Virus record (IMG/VR): IMGVR_UViG_3300031627_001041
Location: 781-64,780 of that record
Direction: 5' to 3' (one strand)
DNA: 64,000 nt
Origin: a virus
Taxonomy: Duplodnaviria; Caudoviricetes
In this document: positions 36,440-44,933 of the stretch, in pieces
Position numbering within the stretch: position 1 is the stretch's first letter
Layout: each line of letters opens with the position of its first letter
Program-made: the position numbers and the translations under genes
The notes under the pieces: generated by a model
Databases searched by the model: none
What the model was told of the DNA's origin: nothing
What the model saw: only the letters and a program-made list of their open reading frames with translations

Positions 36440-37647
36440 TTAATGTAACAGGAAACAAATTAACTGAGCTATTTAGTTTGGGCGAGCTATATGTTTCCGA
36501 CTTTGTAACAGAACAAGAGAACCTCACATCAAGTGATCTTACTCTTTATCTGGATGAGATATCTGGTCTTGTTCAATTAGGTGAGTCAATTGATTATGAT
36601 AAGCTGTATCGAAAGTATTGGTATAGTTCTGGCACTAATGAAACAATGCGGAAAGAACTAAGAAGAGTTGTTGACGATGTGTGCTACGTGACAGCCGCTG
36701 AGGGGGCGTGGCTAGACATTGGATGCAATGACGGCACATTACTCGGATTCGCCCCTAAGACGATGGAGAGGGTCGGTTGCGATCCGTCTGACGTGGCTGG
36801 AGATTCGATGGGCGACTACTCGCTCGTAAATGATTACTTCACAGCAGAAAACGTCGAAAAATACGGTAAGTTTAAAGTAGTAACGGCTATTGCTATGTTC
36901 TACGACCTAATTGACCCCGTAAGATTCTTAAAGGATGTTTATGATGTCTTAGAAGACGATGGAGTTTTCGTAATTCAAATGAGTTACTTACCTCTAATGA
37001 TTAAGCAACTGGCATTTGATAATATTGTTGCAGAACATCTTTGCTATTATACCCTACAATCACTGATTTACTTCCTTAGTAAGGCTAATCTAAGAATTGT
37101 AGACTGTAAATTAAACGATGTAAACGGTGGAAGCTTTGTTGTTCATGCTCAAAAAGACTGTGCAACAAAAGAGAGTTATGCCACAGCCCCATATCGAGAC
37201 GTAGCAAACTGGAGAATTGATTCAACTATTGAGATGGAAGACGTTCAAGGAATGACCAATATTTCTACTTATCGAAACTTCTTTAAGAATGTTCAACTAC
37301 TAAAGAAAAGAACGGTAGACTTTATTACACAGGCGGTAGCAAGCGGTAAGACCGTGTACGGATTAGGTGCCTCAACTAAAGGAAATACTCTGCTTCAATA
37401 CTACGGATTAGACGAGACATTGATTACGGCTATTTCTGAGCGACAACCTAAGAAGCATGGACTATTTACAGTCGGAACGAACATTCCAATCTGCTCAGAG
37501 GAGGCATTAAGGGACGCTAATCCTGACTATGTTCTGGTTCTTCCCTGGCACTTTATCCATGAGCTTAAAGGTCGAGAGAAGAACTACTTAAAAAGAGGCG
37601 GTGAGTTTATTGTTCCATGTCCGAAGTTTGAGGTGATTGGATGTTAG
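36436..37647 (+). CDS. NDP-hexose C-methyltransferase-like protein
   Basis: LDIGCNDGTLL, AMFYDL, FDNIVAEHLCYY, NGGS, YGLGASTKGNTLL and LPWHF. Confidence 0.88.
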   Translation: MINVTGNKLTELFSLGELYVSDFVTEQENLTSSDLTLYLDEISGLVQLGESIDYDKLYRKYWYSSGTNETMRKELRRVVDDVCYVTAAEGAWLDIGCNDGTLLGFAPKTMERVGCDPSDVAGDSMGDYSLVNDYFTAENVEKYGKFKVVTAIAMFYDLIDPVRFLKDVYDVLEDDGVFVIQMSYLPLMIKQLAFDNIVAEHLCYYTLQSLIYFLSKANLRIVDCKLNDVNGGSFVVHAQKDCATKESYATAPYRDVANWRIDSTIEMEDVQGMTNISTYRNFFKNVQLLKKRTVDFITQAVASGKTVYGLGASTKGNTLLQYYGLDETLITAISERQPKKHGLFTVGTNIPICSEEALRDANPDYVLVLPWHFIHELKGREKNYLKRGGEFIVPCPKFEVIGC

Positions 37648-37883
37648 GCGAACTAATCGATAAATTAACAGTGGTAAACTTAAAGATTTGGCATCTAGAA
37701 GATATAAAACGTGACTCTGATGATGACTCGAAGGTAGCATCTGCTTGCAGAAAGACAAATATTCTGAACTCACAAAGAAATCAATTAATGGAAGATATTG
37801 ATAATTTAATGGTTCGATATCTTGATGGCGAGAAACCTCAAGTTTCACATCAGGGGAGCACAAAGATCTATGGAAAACAATGA
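37641..37883 (+). CDS. DUF4254-like small protein
   Basis: LIDKLTVVNLKIWHLEDIKR...NSQRNQLMEDID. Confidence 0.6.
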   Translation: MLGELIDKLTVVNLKIWHLEDIKRDSDDDSKVASACRKTNILNSQRNQLMEDIDNLMVRYLDGEKPQVSHQGSTKIYGKQ

Positions 37884-38064
37884 TTTTGATATCCCTCATG
37901 ATGCCTTAGTTAGAGCAAAACAGTTAGCTGAACATCAAGCTCTAACTCAATTAAAAAAGGCGGTGAAAAGAGGAATGGCTGTTTATGAGGAGCGTGCCTG
38001 TCTAGGGCCTTATGCCTCACGACTTATTTCTTTAATGAACCTAGTTAATGTGAGAAACGAATAA
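37870..38064 (+). CDS. Hypothetical protein
   Basis: Coupled ORF with likely start ATG 37870. Confidence 0.5.
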   Translation: MENNDFDIPHDALVRAKQLAEHQALTQLKKAVKRGMAVYEERACLGPYASRLISLMNLVNVRNE

Positions 38065-38594
38065 TGCAAATCGGAATAATTGTACCACATCTGGCAGTAG
38101 CACAGTTATCATATTTGATAACGCAACAAGTAAACAAGGCGGATATGGATTATGTGATCTTTCAAGAACACCCTCTTCCGCCAATTCAAAGAGTTCGTAC
38201 AGCAGTATTGCCAATCTACGAAATCACAAAATTTAAAGGGGTCCTAATTGGCACTGACCTTAGTGCAGCAAAGTACATGGTTAACCTAACGGCCCCATCA
38301 CGAAAACTATTCTATCCTTGGCACGTAGAATGGATGAAGCACGGCAATGATTTCTTGTCAACCGTAAAGACTATCATGAGTCCTCAGCTTGAAGTTATTG
38401 CTAGGTCACAATCATACGCCGATCAAATCAGAATTATGAACCGTGAACCATCAGCTATTATTCCAGACTTTAACCTAGAAGGATTTGTAAGGTATTGCAA
38501 CGAGCACGAAAAAGTCAGTAAATTTATTAATAAAAGCGACAGTATCCCTATTTCTTCCAAACAAAGAATAAAATACAATGGGCACCAAGCCTAG
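38064..38594 (+). CDS. Hypothetical protein, possible GT-B half-domain
   Basis: Rossmann-like start MQIGIIVP. Last gene of the glyco cluster. Confidence 0.5.
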   Translation: MQIGIIVPHLAVAQLSYLITQQVNKADMDYVIFQEHPLPPIQRVRTAVLPIYEITKFKGVLIGTDLSAAKYMVNLTAPSRKLFYPWHVEWMKHGNDFLSTVKTIMSPQLEVIARSQSYADQIRIMNREPSAIIPDFNLEGFVRYCNEHEKVSKFINKSDSIPISSKQRIKYNGHQA

Positions 38595-38642
38595 ATATAA
38601 TACACGTTCTAGAATACCTAGACCTACACAAAGAGGCAAATC

Positions 38643-39404
38643 ATGGCTACTAAAAAAAGCGTAGACGCTTTAACTAAAGATATTCTAAAGGTGGAATATT
38701 TTGACAAAGAACGCAGCACTACTTCTATAGCGGCTGAATATGGGACTAACCCAAAGCGTATCAGTAGACTACTAAAGAAGCACGGATATAAGACACGCTC
38801 AAGAAGCGAAGCCCAAAAGTTAGTTGTTGTTGATCTTCACCCAACCAGAGGTAAGACAAGAACAGACGAGGAAAAGATCGCCATCTCTAAAGGTGGTGCG
38901 GACTCTTGGGATGAGGATCGTAAGGCAGCGGCTTCTGCCGCCGCTAAACAACAATGGGACCTAAGAACGGAGGAGGAGAGACAGCGGATTTCAAGTAAGG
39001 CCGTTAAGGGACTAAGAGAAGCTGCAAAAAATGGCTCTAAGATGGAGCACAAGATTGTAGAACATCTTCAAGCTAACGGTAACACTGTATTACATCACGA
39101 CATGGCACTCCCCAACGAAAAACTTGAAGTGGACATTTGGGTAACCAACAAAGATGTGATTATTGAGGTTGACGGGATTTTCCACGTCGAACCAGTCTAC
39201 GGAGAAGAGAAGCTCCGAAAAACTCAGGATGCGGATTTACGCAAAAATAACCTACTAATAAAGAATGGGTTTGCTGTAGTGAGGCTAATCATCACTAAAA
39301 AGCATATCTCAGACAATGATTATCGGATTATTCAGGACAAAGTTTTACAACTAATCGAGTCGGCTAAACCCGGCAAGGTCACAAAGTGGAGATATGATGG
39401 CTGA
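38643..39404 (+). CDS. HTH plus Vsr/DUF559-like endonuclease (homing-endonuclease-like)
   Basis: N-terminal STTSIAAEYGT...LLKKHG HTH, basic linker, and EVDIWV...IIEVDGIFH nuclease motif. Confidence 0.75.
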   Translation: MATKKSVDALTKDILKVEYFDKERSTTSIAAEYGTNPKRISRLLKKHGYKTRSRSEAQKLVVVDLHPTRGKTRTDEEKIAISKGGADSWDEDRKAAASAAAKQQWDLRTEEERQRISSKAVKGLREAAKNGSKMEHKIVEHLQANGNTVLHHDMALPNEKLEVDIWVTNKDVIIEVDGIFHVEPVYGEEKLRKTQDADLRKNNLLIKNGFAVVRLIITKKHISDNDYRIIQDKVLQLIESAKPGKVTKWRYDG

Positions 39405-40125
39405 AGAAGAAAATGAGTTTGGAAACGTTTTCGAGGAGCCTGAGCGAGAGATAGACGGACCAGAGGTTCCGCGTTATGGTTCCCCAGAATGGTCTGACTA
39501 TGTCTTAGCTCAACTAGCCCCAGAGGAAAAGGATGGAGACGGACGACCAAAGTGCGATGGTTTAAGACGAGTTGCTCATCAATTGTTTGATGTGATTGCA
39601 TCACAACCCTGCAGTTTTAGAACGCTTGAGAAAGACGGCGTTGTAACGGATACTGTAGTACAATGGGAATTTGAGTTTCTACCCAGAAAAGCCTTTGCGT
39701 TTCATGAAGGAATCAAGATTCCCACTATTAAGATTGGAGCGATTGCCTCCGCTAATGAGTTGAATGTCAACAGACCCTTTAACAAGTTTCTTCCAGCAAT
39801 GGCTGACACAAGAGCTGAGTCCAGAGCATATAAGAAAGGACTACTCTTAAACTGTGTTACCTCAGAGGAGATGCCCGAACCAGAGAAAGAGGAAGTTGGT
39901 GCTGTTACACAGCCACAGATTAAGATGTCTGCTATTATTATGACTAAGTGTGGCATCGACAAGGAAAAGTTCCTGAAACACCATAGGAAGGATATCTCAA
40001 AGGCTAAAGGACCTAAGCTCCTACTGGAAAACCTAACAAAAGCCGAGATGTCAAAAGCAAACACTATTTTAAACAAATACCAAACAAACAGTGAATTAGA
40101 AATTCCAAAAGAGATTAAACTATGA
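39394..40125 (+). CDS. Hypothetical protein, possible single-strand annealing protein
   Basis: AMADTRAESRAYKK resembles the MAxxRAxxRA motif of SSAPs. Weak evidence. Confidence 0.4.
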   Translation: MMAEEENEFGNVFEEPEREIDGPEVPRYGSPEWSDYVLAQLAPEEKDGDGRPKCDGLRRVAHQLFDVIASQPCSFRTLEKDGVVTDTVVQWEFEFLPRKAFAFHEGIKIPTIKIGAIASANELNVNRPFNKFLPAMADTRAESRAYKKGLLLNCVTSEEMPEPEKEEVGAVTQPQIKMSAIIMTKCGIDKEKFLKHHRKDISKAKGPKLLLENLTKAEMSKANTILNKYQTNSELEIPKEIKL

Positions 40126-40469
40126 AAACACAATACAAAACCGGTAACTTTACAGTTGAATTCGAGTCAGACACACAGACTGGCCTCGTTGAACAGATCG
40201 CCTCATTTGAAGAGGTCTTCGCCAACACCAAGTGCGGCAAGTGCGAAAGCGAGAACCTAAAATGGGTTGTTCGCACAGACCAGGAGGATAACAAGTATTA
40301 TGAGCTGCGATGTGCAGACTGTGGTGCTAAGTTGTCCTTTGGATGTAATAAGGTGGGGGGCGGAATGTTCCCACAGCGTAAGTTTGGTAAAAAGCACGAT
40401 AAAGCTGGAGAATGGAAGCCTGATGGTGGCTGGATGAAGTGGAACTCCGAGACCAAAGAAGAAGAATAA
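40122..40469 (+). CDS. Zinc-ribbon hypothetical protein
   Basis: CGKC...CADC. Confidence 0.7.
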   Translation: MKTQYKTGNFTVEFESDTQTGLVEQIASFEEVFANTKCGKCESENLKWVVRTDQEDNKYYELRCADCGAKLSFGCNKVGGGMFPQRKFGKKHDKAGEWKPDGGWMKWNSETKEEE

Positions 40470-40483
40470 TCAGTCCAACCAAG

Positions 40484-40514
40484 AGGAGTCGTTCAGATGA
40501 GCGGCTCCTTTTTT
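40484..40514 (+). terminator. Intrinsic terminator
   Basis: Stem AGGAGTCGTTC/GAGCGGCTCCT with loop AGAT, followed by a T run. Confidence 0.8.
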
Positions 40515-40525
40515 GGGGAACTTAT

Positions 40526-40777
40526 ATGATACAAATCACAAAAGACAACGTACACAGTATGCTCGCCTCTATTGAGTCCCATAAAGACCCACAAGAGTAT
40601 ATCGAGGATATTTGGAACAATATGGAGACGGATAACCCGGTCATTCTACAGTTTAGTTTAGATCAATTGCAAGGCTTCGATTCAAAAGAAGAACAAAATG
40701 GTTTTCTAACTGGTATGTCCTTCTGCTATGAAATTATTAGGCGGGAATATGAAGCCGCCGAACTGGAAAGCATGTAA
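40526..40777 (+). CDS. Hypothetical acidic protein
   Basis: Likely start ATG 40526, after the terminator. Confidence 0.6.
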   Translation: MIQITKDNVHSMLASIESHKDPQEYIEDIWNNMETDNPVILQFSLDQLQGFDSKEEQNGFLTGMSFCYEIIRREYEAAELESM

Positions 40778-40908
40778 TGGACAAAAATCTGGATATTAAG
40801 CCAGGAGATAGGGCACTATTAGAGAACATGGTAGAAGAAAAAGAGTGGGAAGCCACTGAAATTAGAAAAGACGGAAAGACTGTCGGACTGGTAATCTTCG
40901 CATGTTAA
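40777..40908 (+). CDS. Small hypothetical protein (43 aa, not in the supplied track)
   Basis: TAATG coupling. The frame reads MDKNLDIKPGDRALLENMVEEKEWEATEIRKDGKTVGLVIFAC*. Confidence 0.5.
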   Translation: MDKNLDIKPGDRALLENMVEEKEWEATEIRKDGKTVGLVIFAC

Positions 40909-41132
40909 GAAGAACAATGCTTAAAGCACTGATGTTTGCTCCGGTAGCAACATTGGTTAAGCCAGACCCGGTAGAAGCAACACTCCAGAGGATTCTTGAT
41001 CGGCATTCCCCACTGTATCTTTCTCCTGAAGCACACCAAGACCTTAAAAATTGGGGATGTGACCAGGTTGGACACGCCACTCTTGGAATTGGGGTACTAG
41101 ACAATAGAGACGTTCTTTTGGGGGAATTTTAG
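40902..41132 (+). CDS. Small protein with Tat-like signal peptide
   Basis: MLRRTMLKALMFAPVATLVKPDPVEA. Confidence 0.55.
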   Translation: MLRRTMLKALMFAPVATLVKPDPVEATLQRILDRHSPLYLSPEAHQDLKNWGCDQVGHATLGIGVLDNRDVLLGEF

Positions 41133-41223
41133 GGTGGATAAACTAGGTATTACGATTAATCAAGTAGCCGCCTACGATGAGCTAGTATGGTGTGCAAACA
41201 AAATGAAAAAGGATAGAGAAAAT

Positions 41224-41517
41224 ATGAATACAGTAACAGTAAGACCAACCTCAGATCGAATCGTCGTTCAGAGGGACGAAGCAGCAGAGATTACTCCAGG
41301 CGGAATTGTGATCCCCGGAGAGGCACGAGATAAGCCTGTGCGTGGCGTAGTTGTCGCAGTTGGACCTGGACTCCTACTGGCCGATGGAGAGCGTGGGCCT
41401 ATGGAAGTGTGCGAGGGAGACAGGGTGGTGTTTGGCACCTATGGAGGGACAGAGGTTGAAGTTGAGGGAGACACACTCACAGTAATGAGGGAGAGCGAGG
41501 TTCTCTTCATCGAATGA
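41224..41517 (+). CDS. groES: Co-chaperonin GroES
   Basis: RPTSDRIVV, TPGGIVIP, GVVVAVGPG, GDRVVFGTYGGTEV and MRESEVL. Confidence 0.95.
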   Translation: MNTVTVRPTSDRIVVQRDEAAEITPGGIVIPGEARDKPVRGVVVAVGPGLLLADGERGPMEVCEGDRVVFGTYGGTEVEVEGDTLTVMRESEVLFIE

Positions 41518-41714
41518 GACTAAAGATAGTTAGTCAAGGATTACGGAGCGAAGACACCAAAGTCATAGATGAGAACGGGGAAATAATTCAAGGAATCACC
41601 TCAGTGAACATCAATATAGTGGCAGGAGAGGTAGGAGAGGTTACTCTTGTCATGAGCAACATAGAGATGTACGCAGACTTTGATCGAGAACAAGTAAAAG
41701 TAAAACTAGTATAA
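41514..41714 (+). CDS. Hypothetical protein
   Basis: Last + strand ORF, coupled to groES. Confidence 0.65.
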   Translation: MRLKIVSQGLRSEDTKVIDENGEIIQGITSVNINIVAGEVGEVTLVMSNIEMYADFDREQVKVKLV

Positions 41715-41721
41715 CTGAATA

Positions 41722-41768
41722 ACGGCCTTTTTCAAGCAGCGGCATCCGCTTGGGGAAGGTCGTTTTTT
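41722..41768 (+). terminator. Intrinsic terminator of the + strand block
   Basis: Long stem ACGGCCTTTTTCAAGC/GCTTGGGGAAGGTCGT (with G-U pairs), followed by a T run. Confidence 0.7.
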
Positions 41769-41779
41769 CACGTAGATAC

Positions 41780-41810
41780 AAAAAATGCCCCAGCGAAGGC
41801 CGGGGCATCT
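41780..41810 (-). terminator. Intrinsic terminator of the - strand block
   Basis: Stem ATGCCCC/GGGGCAT preceded on the + strand by an A run (a U tract on the - strand). Confidence 0.8.
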
Positions 41811-41834
41811 TTAAGATTCAAGTTGAACTAGGTC

Positions 41835-42455
41835 TTAGAGGTATTCAAGTGAAAGGTATCCACCGAATAAAGTCTTACTACCAATAGAGTTAGGACTTGC
41901 AGACAACGCTAGATACCAGTCGTGACGAGTATCTGTAGTTGAAGCACCCGCTGGTGATGTCCCGGAGATCCCAGGGGAGTCCGCAAGGTCAAGAACAACA
42001 GCACTACCATGAACGTGAGTCCAAGTGTTTGCCCCTGACCCCTCACCAATTACCTGAGTTGCTGGAACATGAAGCGTCTCATAAACCTGGCACGTAACAC
42101 CAGAAGGGTCATTATTGATAGCTGTTCTATCATAAATTCGCCACTTAGCATTCTGTGTCTTAACCACTGATCCATGCTCAAATCGAGCATTTAGCGTAGC
42201 TAGATAGTTGGGAATCTGTTTTAAGTGAACTGCCGAAGCACCATTGATTGTACCGCTGGCGGTATTTTCATAGGTGACGTTATTGATCTGTCCACCCTCA
42301 TTTGTGCCATTACCATCGGTAATGAATGTTGTGGTTTGATAGGATCCTACCCCCACAGACTCTCCAAAATTGGCCCCAAAGAAGCCAATCCCAGAATTCA
42401 ACATGTTCGCAATTGCGTAGGGTCCACCCCCACCATAGAAAGTAATTGATGCCAT
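41835..42455 (-). CDS. Putative virion structural protein
   Basis: Gly/Ser/Thr-rich beta-type composition, AAGGAG SD, located in the tail gene block. Confidence 0.6.
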   Translation of the reverse strand: MASITFYGGGGPYAIANMLNSGIGFFGANFGESVGVGSYQTTTFITDGNGTNEGGQINNVTYENTASGTINGASAVHLKQIPNYLATLNARFEHGSVVKTQNAKWRIYDRTAINNDPSGVTCQVYETLHVPATQVIGEGSGANTWTHVHGSAVVLDLADSPGISGTSPAGASTTDTRHDWYLALSASPNSIGSKTLFGGYLSLEYL

Positions 42456-42527
42456 TATTGGCTCCTTTTTAAATAGAAACTAGTTTCTACTAGTAAATAC
42501 AGTTATTTTGAGTGTTTTTGTGAAAAA

Positions 42528-44933
42528 TTAGAAAGAGTAATAAAAGGCCGAATCCTCACCAGAATACATTCTTAAGGGCGGCTCCAGCTCCAGTAAGCTA
42601 CCCCCAATGTTCATATGTGTATGAGGTAAAGCCGATGAGGGAAACGTCACTGTAACCTGCGTTCTAGCGATCTCTGGAGGAATGGCTCTAGTTTGTTCCC
42701 CCATACCATTCATAAACCAGGTAAAGTCTTGGTCGCCAAAATCGGACCCGCTCGCCGTTGGCAGAATGGTTTCATACATCCAATCTGACCACGGACTCTG
42801 ATATGCATAAGGAGTACTAAACTTTGCATACTTAGTAGTCAGCCCCGCAAAAGTGCCCCCCTTCGTATAAGTCGGATCAACCCTCACTCCCGACCACTTC
42901 TTTCTGGTCCTAAGATAAGAGGTTGTGCTGATAGGAATATCTTTACTCAGCTCATAAAGCTCTCCGGATTTTGCAGTCATGTCATAGTCAAAGAATAGAC
43001 CAATAAACTGTTCTCCACTATTTTCACACCCAAATAGACTAACATCTAAACTATGAGGTCCATCCACCGTCTTAGGGAAAAATCCAGAAGGTATAAAAAA
43101 CCAATCATCCCTTATTTTGCTTATTATATCCCCCCATTGTTTGCCACTGGTGAAGATTAAGTTCCCAAGATCATATGTTGCAAGTAAGTCGCCACCAATG
43201 CTCTTACCCGAATTATTATATCCGTCCTGACAATATTCAACAGCTCCAGATGCGGTAAAGAATTTTTTTCCGTGAAAGTCTAAAATGTTATTACTAATAT
43301 AGTCTGAGATTATAAGATTTCTATCTTCCAACCAGGTTTCAGAATATTGCTTTAGGCCCCGATCCGAGAAGTAGTGACCAAGGTATGGCATACTATCCTC
43401 CAGCTTAATATGGTTGACACCCGAAGTGATAATTCCGGTTATTCCTTTAAAAGAAGACCTTAAACCGTCTTCTCCCTCAAGAGGGAAAAATATACACCTC
43501 TTTATATCTCCTCCCTCTATAGTTGTTAATAAAGCGTTCCGCTTTACTTTTGCGACGGACCCAAAGACAGGGGGTGGGTTGTAACCGTAACAATTATAAT
43601 TTCTTGAGAACAGATCGCCACTGTTAAGAATCCCTATTGACCCTTGACCGACCGGATCAGAAATAGTAATATTATTTCCTGCTCCAGGAGTAAAAGGAGT
43701 ATAAACACCTATCCCTTCCGATATAGTTTCAGTTGCGAGGCTATAATCTCCACTGAAACTAGCAAAATCTCCTCCCAGCCCATATATGTATTGATATACC
43801 GGCCATAGATTAAGCGAACCGCTGGAACGATAAAATTCCGCTTCGTATGTTATATAATGGTTTCCCATCCATATAATAGCAGAATGGTCATCATGATCAG
43901 CCTCCACCTCATCAATAGGAAACGGTAGCCCGTCGTAATCTCCTAAATAAGACTGGCTCCCTCCTCCGGGTCGCCCATCGCCGCCGTCATAAAATAACCC
44001 CTGCGGATAAGTGGCTGGTTGAGAATCAATTCTGGTCCCACTACCAAGTATTTGAAAACACTCCCCTGAAGACACAAATTTGATTGGCCCATCCATAATG
44101 TTATACAATGGGGGAATGGCAGAACCCCCGACTACAATTGCGTTGGCATCAGTAAGAGATATAGTTCTTGAAGCACCCATGTCTTCTGCTGGTACCCATT
44201 GACCGTCTTCAAATATATATCCAGAAATATATGGACGTATTGATAAGGGTATTTCTTCCGCACCAGTATAACCAAGCTTAATAACCTTTCTATCAGAAAG
44301 AGAGTCTGAAAGATCAGAATACAGCCGTATGTCAAAATGTTTTCTATAGTCGAACAAGTTGTAAAAACTCGGATACTTCTCTAATCCATCAGGCACAAAA
44401 GCATGAAAGTCGTTTGAAAACATTTTCCCATAATCAAACATTCCGCTAGGAATTGGGTGACGCCCACTAACTGGATAATTATACTCTGGACTATAAGAAG
44501 TGCCGGACCAACCAACAGCACTACCGTGATTTTTCCACGGACTATACGTGAAGTTCCTTGCAATGGCTTGCCCAAGCTCTCCTATGTTTGCTTTATATCT
44601 TTCCCAAAACCCCTTATCATTAGTGGGGTAGCCAGTCAATTCAAATGGTGTAGTTATACTGGGTTCGTACCCGCTAAGTCCAGGACCACAACTCTTAAAC
44701 CATTCAAATCCCGACGAACAGTGTCTTTCGGCAACCAAATTTAAAAAATGCTGCCCCGTCTCAATGCCACTAACAGTAGGATATGTACCCCTAATAGATC
44801 TTTCTGTACATTGTCCAGGAATGGTCTTATTGTACTCTGGAGGCTGTACCCCTAGAAAATTACCAATCCTACTGTCAATATAAGTTCCAATATTTTCTTG
44901 TAACCCAGAAATCTGGGCATCTGTTATACTCAT
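42528..44933 (-). CDS. Putative tail/baseplate-associated protein (801 aa)
   Basis: Long ORF in the structural block, rich in aromatic residues and Gly, with recurring xSG motifs. Confidence 0.6.
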   Translation of the reverse strand: MSITDAQISGLQENIGTYIDSRIGNFLGVQPPEYNKTIPGQCTERSIRGTYPTVSGIETGQHFLNLVAERHCSSGFEWFKSCGPGLSGYEPSITTPFELTGYPTNDKGFWERYKANIGELGQAIARNFTYSPWKNHGSAVGWSGTSYSPEYNYPVSGRHPIPSGMFDYGKMFSNDFHAFVPDGLEKYPSFYNLFDYRKHFDIRLYSDLSDSLSDRKVIKLGYTGAEEIPLSIRPYISGYIFEDGQWVPAEDMGASRTISLTDANAIVVGGSAIPPLYNIMDGPIKFVSSGECFQILGSGTRIDSQPATYPQGLFYDGGDGRPGGGSQSYLGDYDGLPFPIDEVEADHDDHSAIIWMGNHYITYEAEFYRSSGSLNLWPVYQYIYGLGGDFASFSGDYSLATETISEGIGVYTPFTPGAGNNITISDPVGQGSIGILNSGDLFSRNYNCYGYNPPPVFGSVAKVKRNALLTTIEGGDIKRCIFFPLEGEDGLRSSFKGITGIITSGVNHIKLEDSMPYLGHYFSDRGLKQYSETWLEDRNLIISDYISNNILDFHGKKFFTASGAVEYCQDGYNNSGKSIGGDLLATYDLGNLIFTSGKQWGDIISKIRDDWFFIPSGFFPKTVDGPHSLDVSLFGCENSGEQFIGLFFDYDMTAKSGELYELSKDIPISTTSYLRTRKKWSGVRVDPTYTKGGTFAGLTTKYAKFSTPYAYQSPWSDWMYETILPTASGSDFGDQDFTWFMNGMGEQTRAIPPEIARTQVTVTFPSSALPHTHMNIGGSLLELEPPLRMYSGEDSAFYYSF

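Noticed and set aside
38570-38605. Sigma70 promoter at TATAAT (38596)
   Set aside because: No credible -35 at the right spacing, and it does not match the motif A/B consensus.
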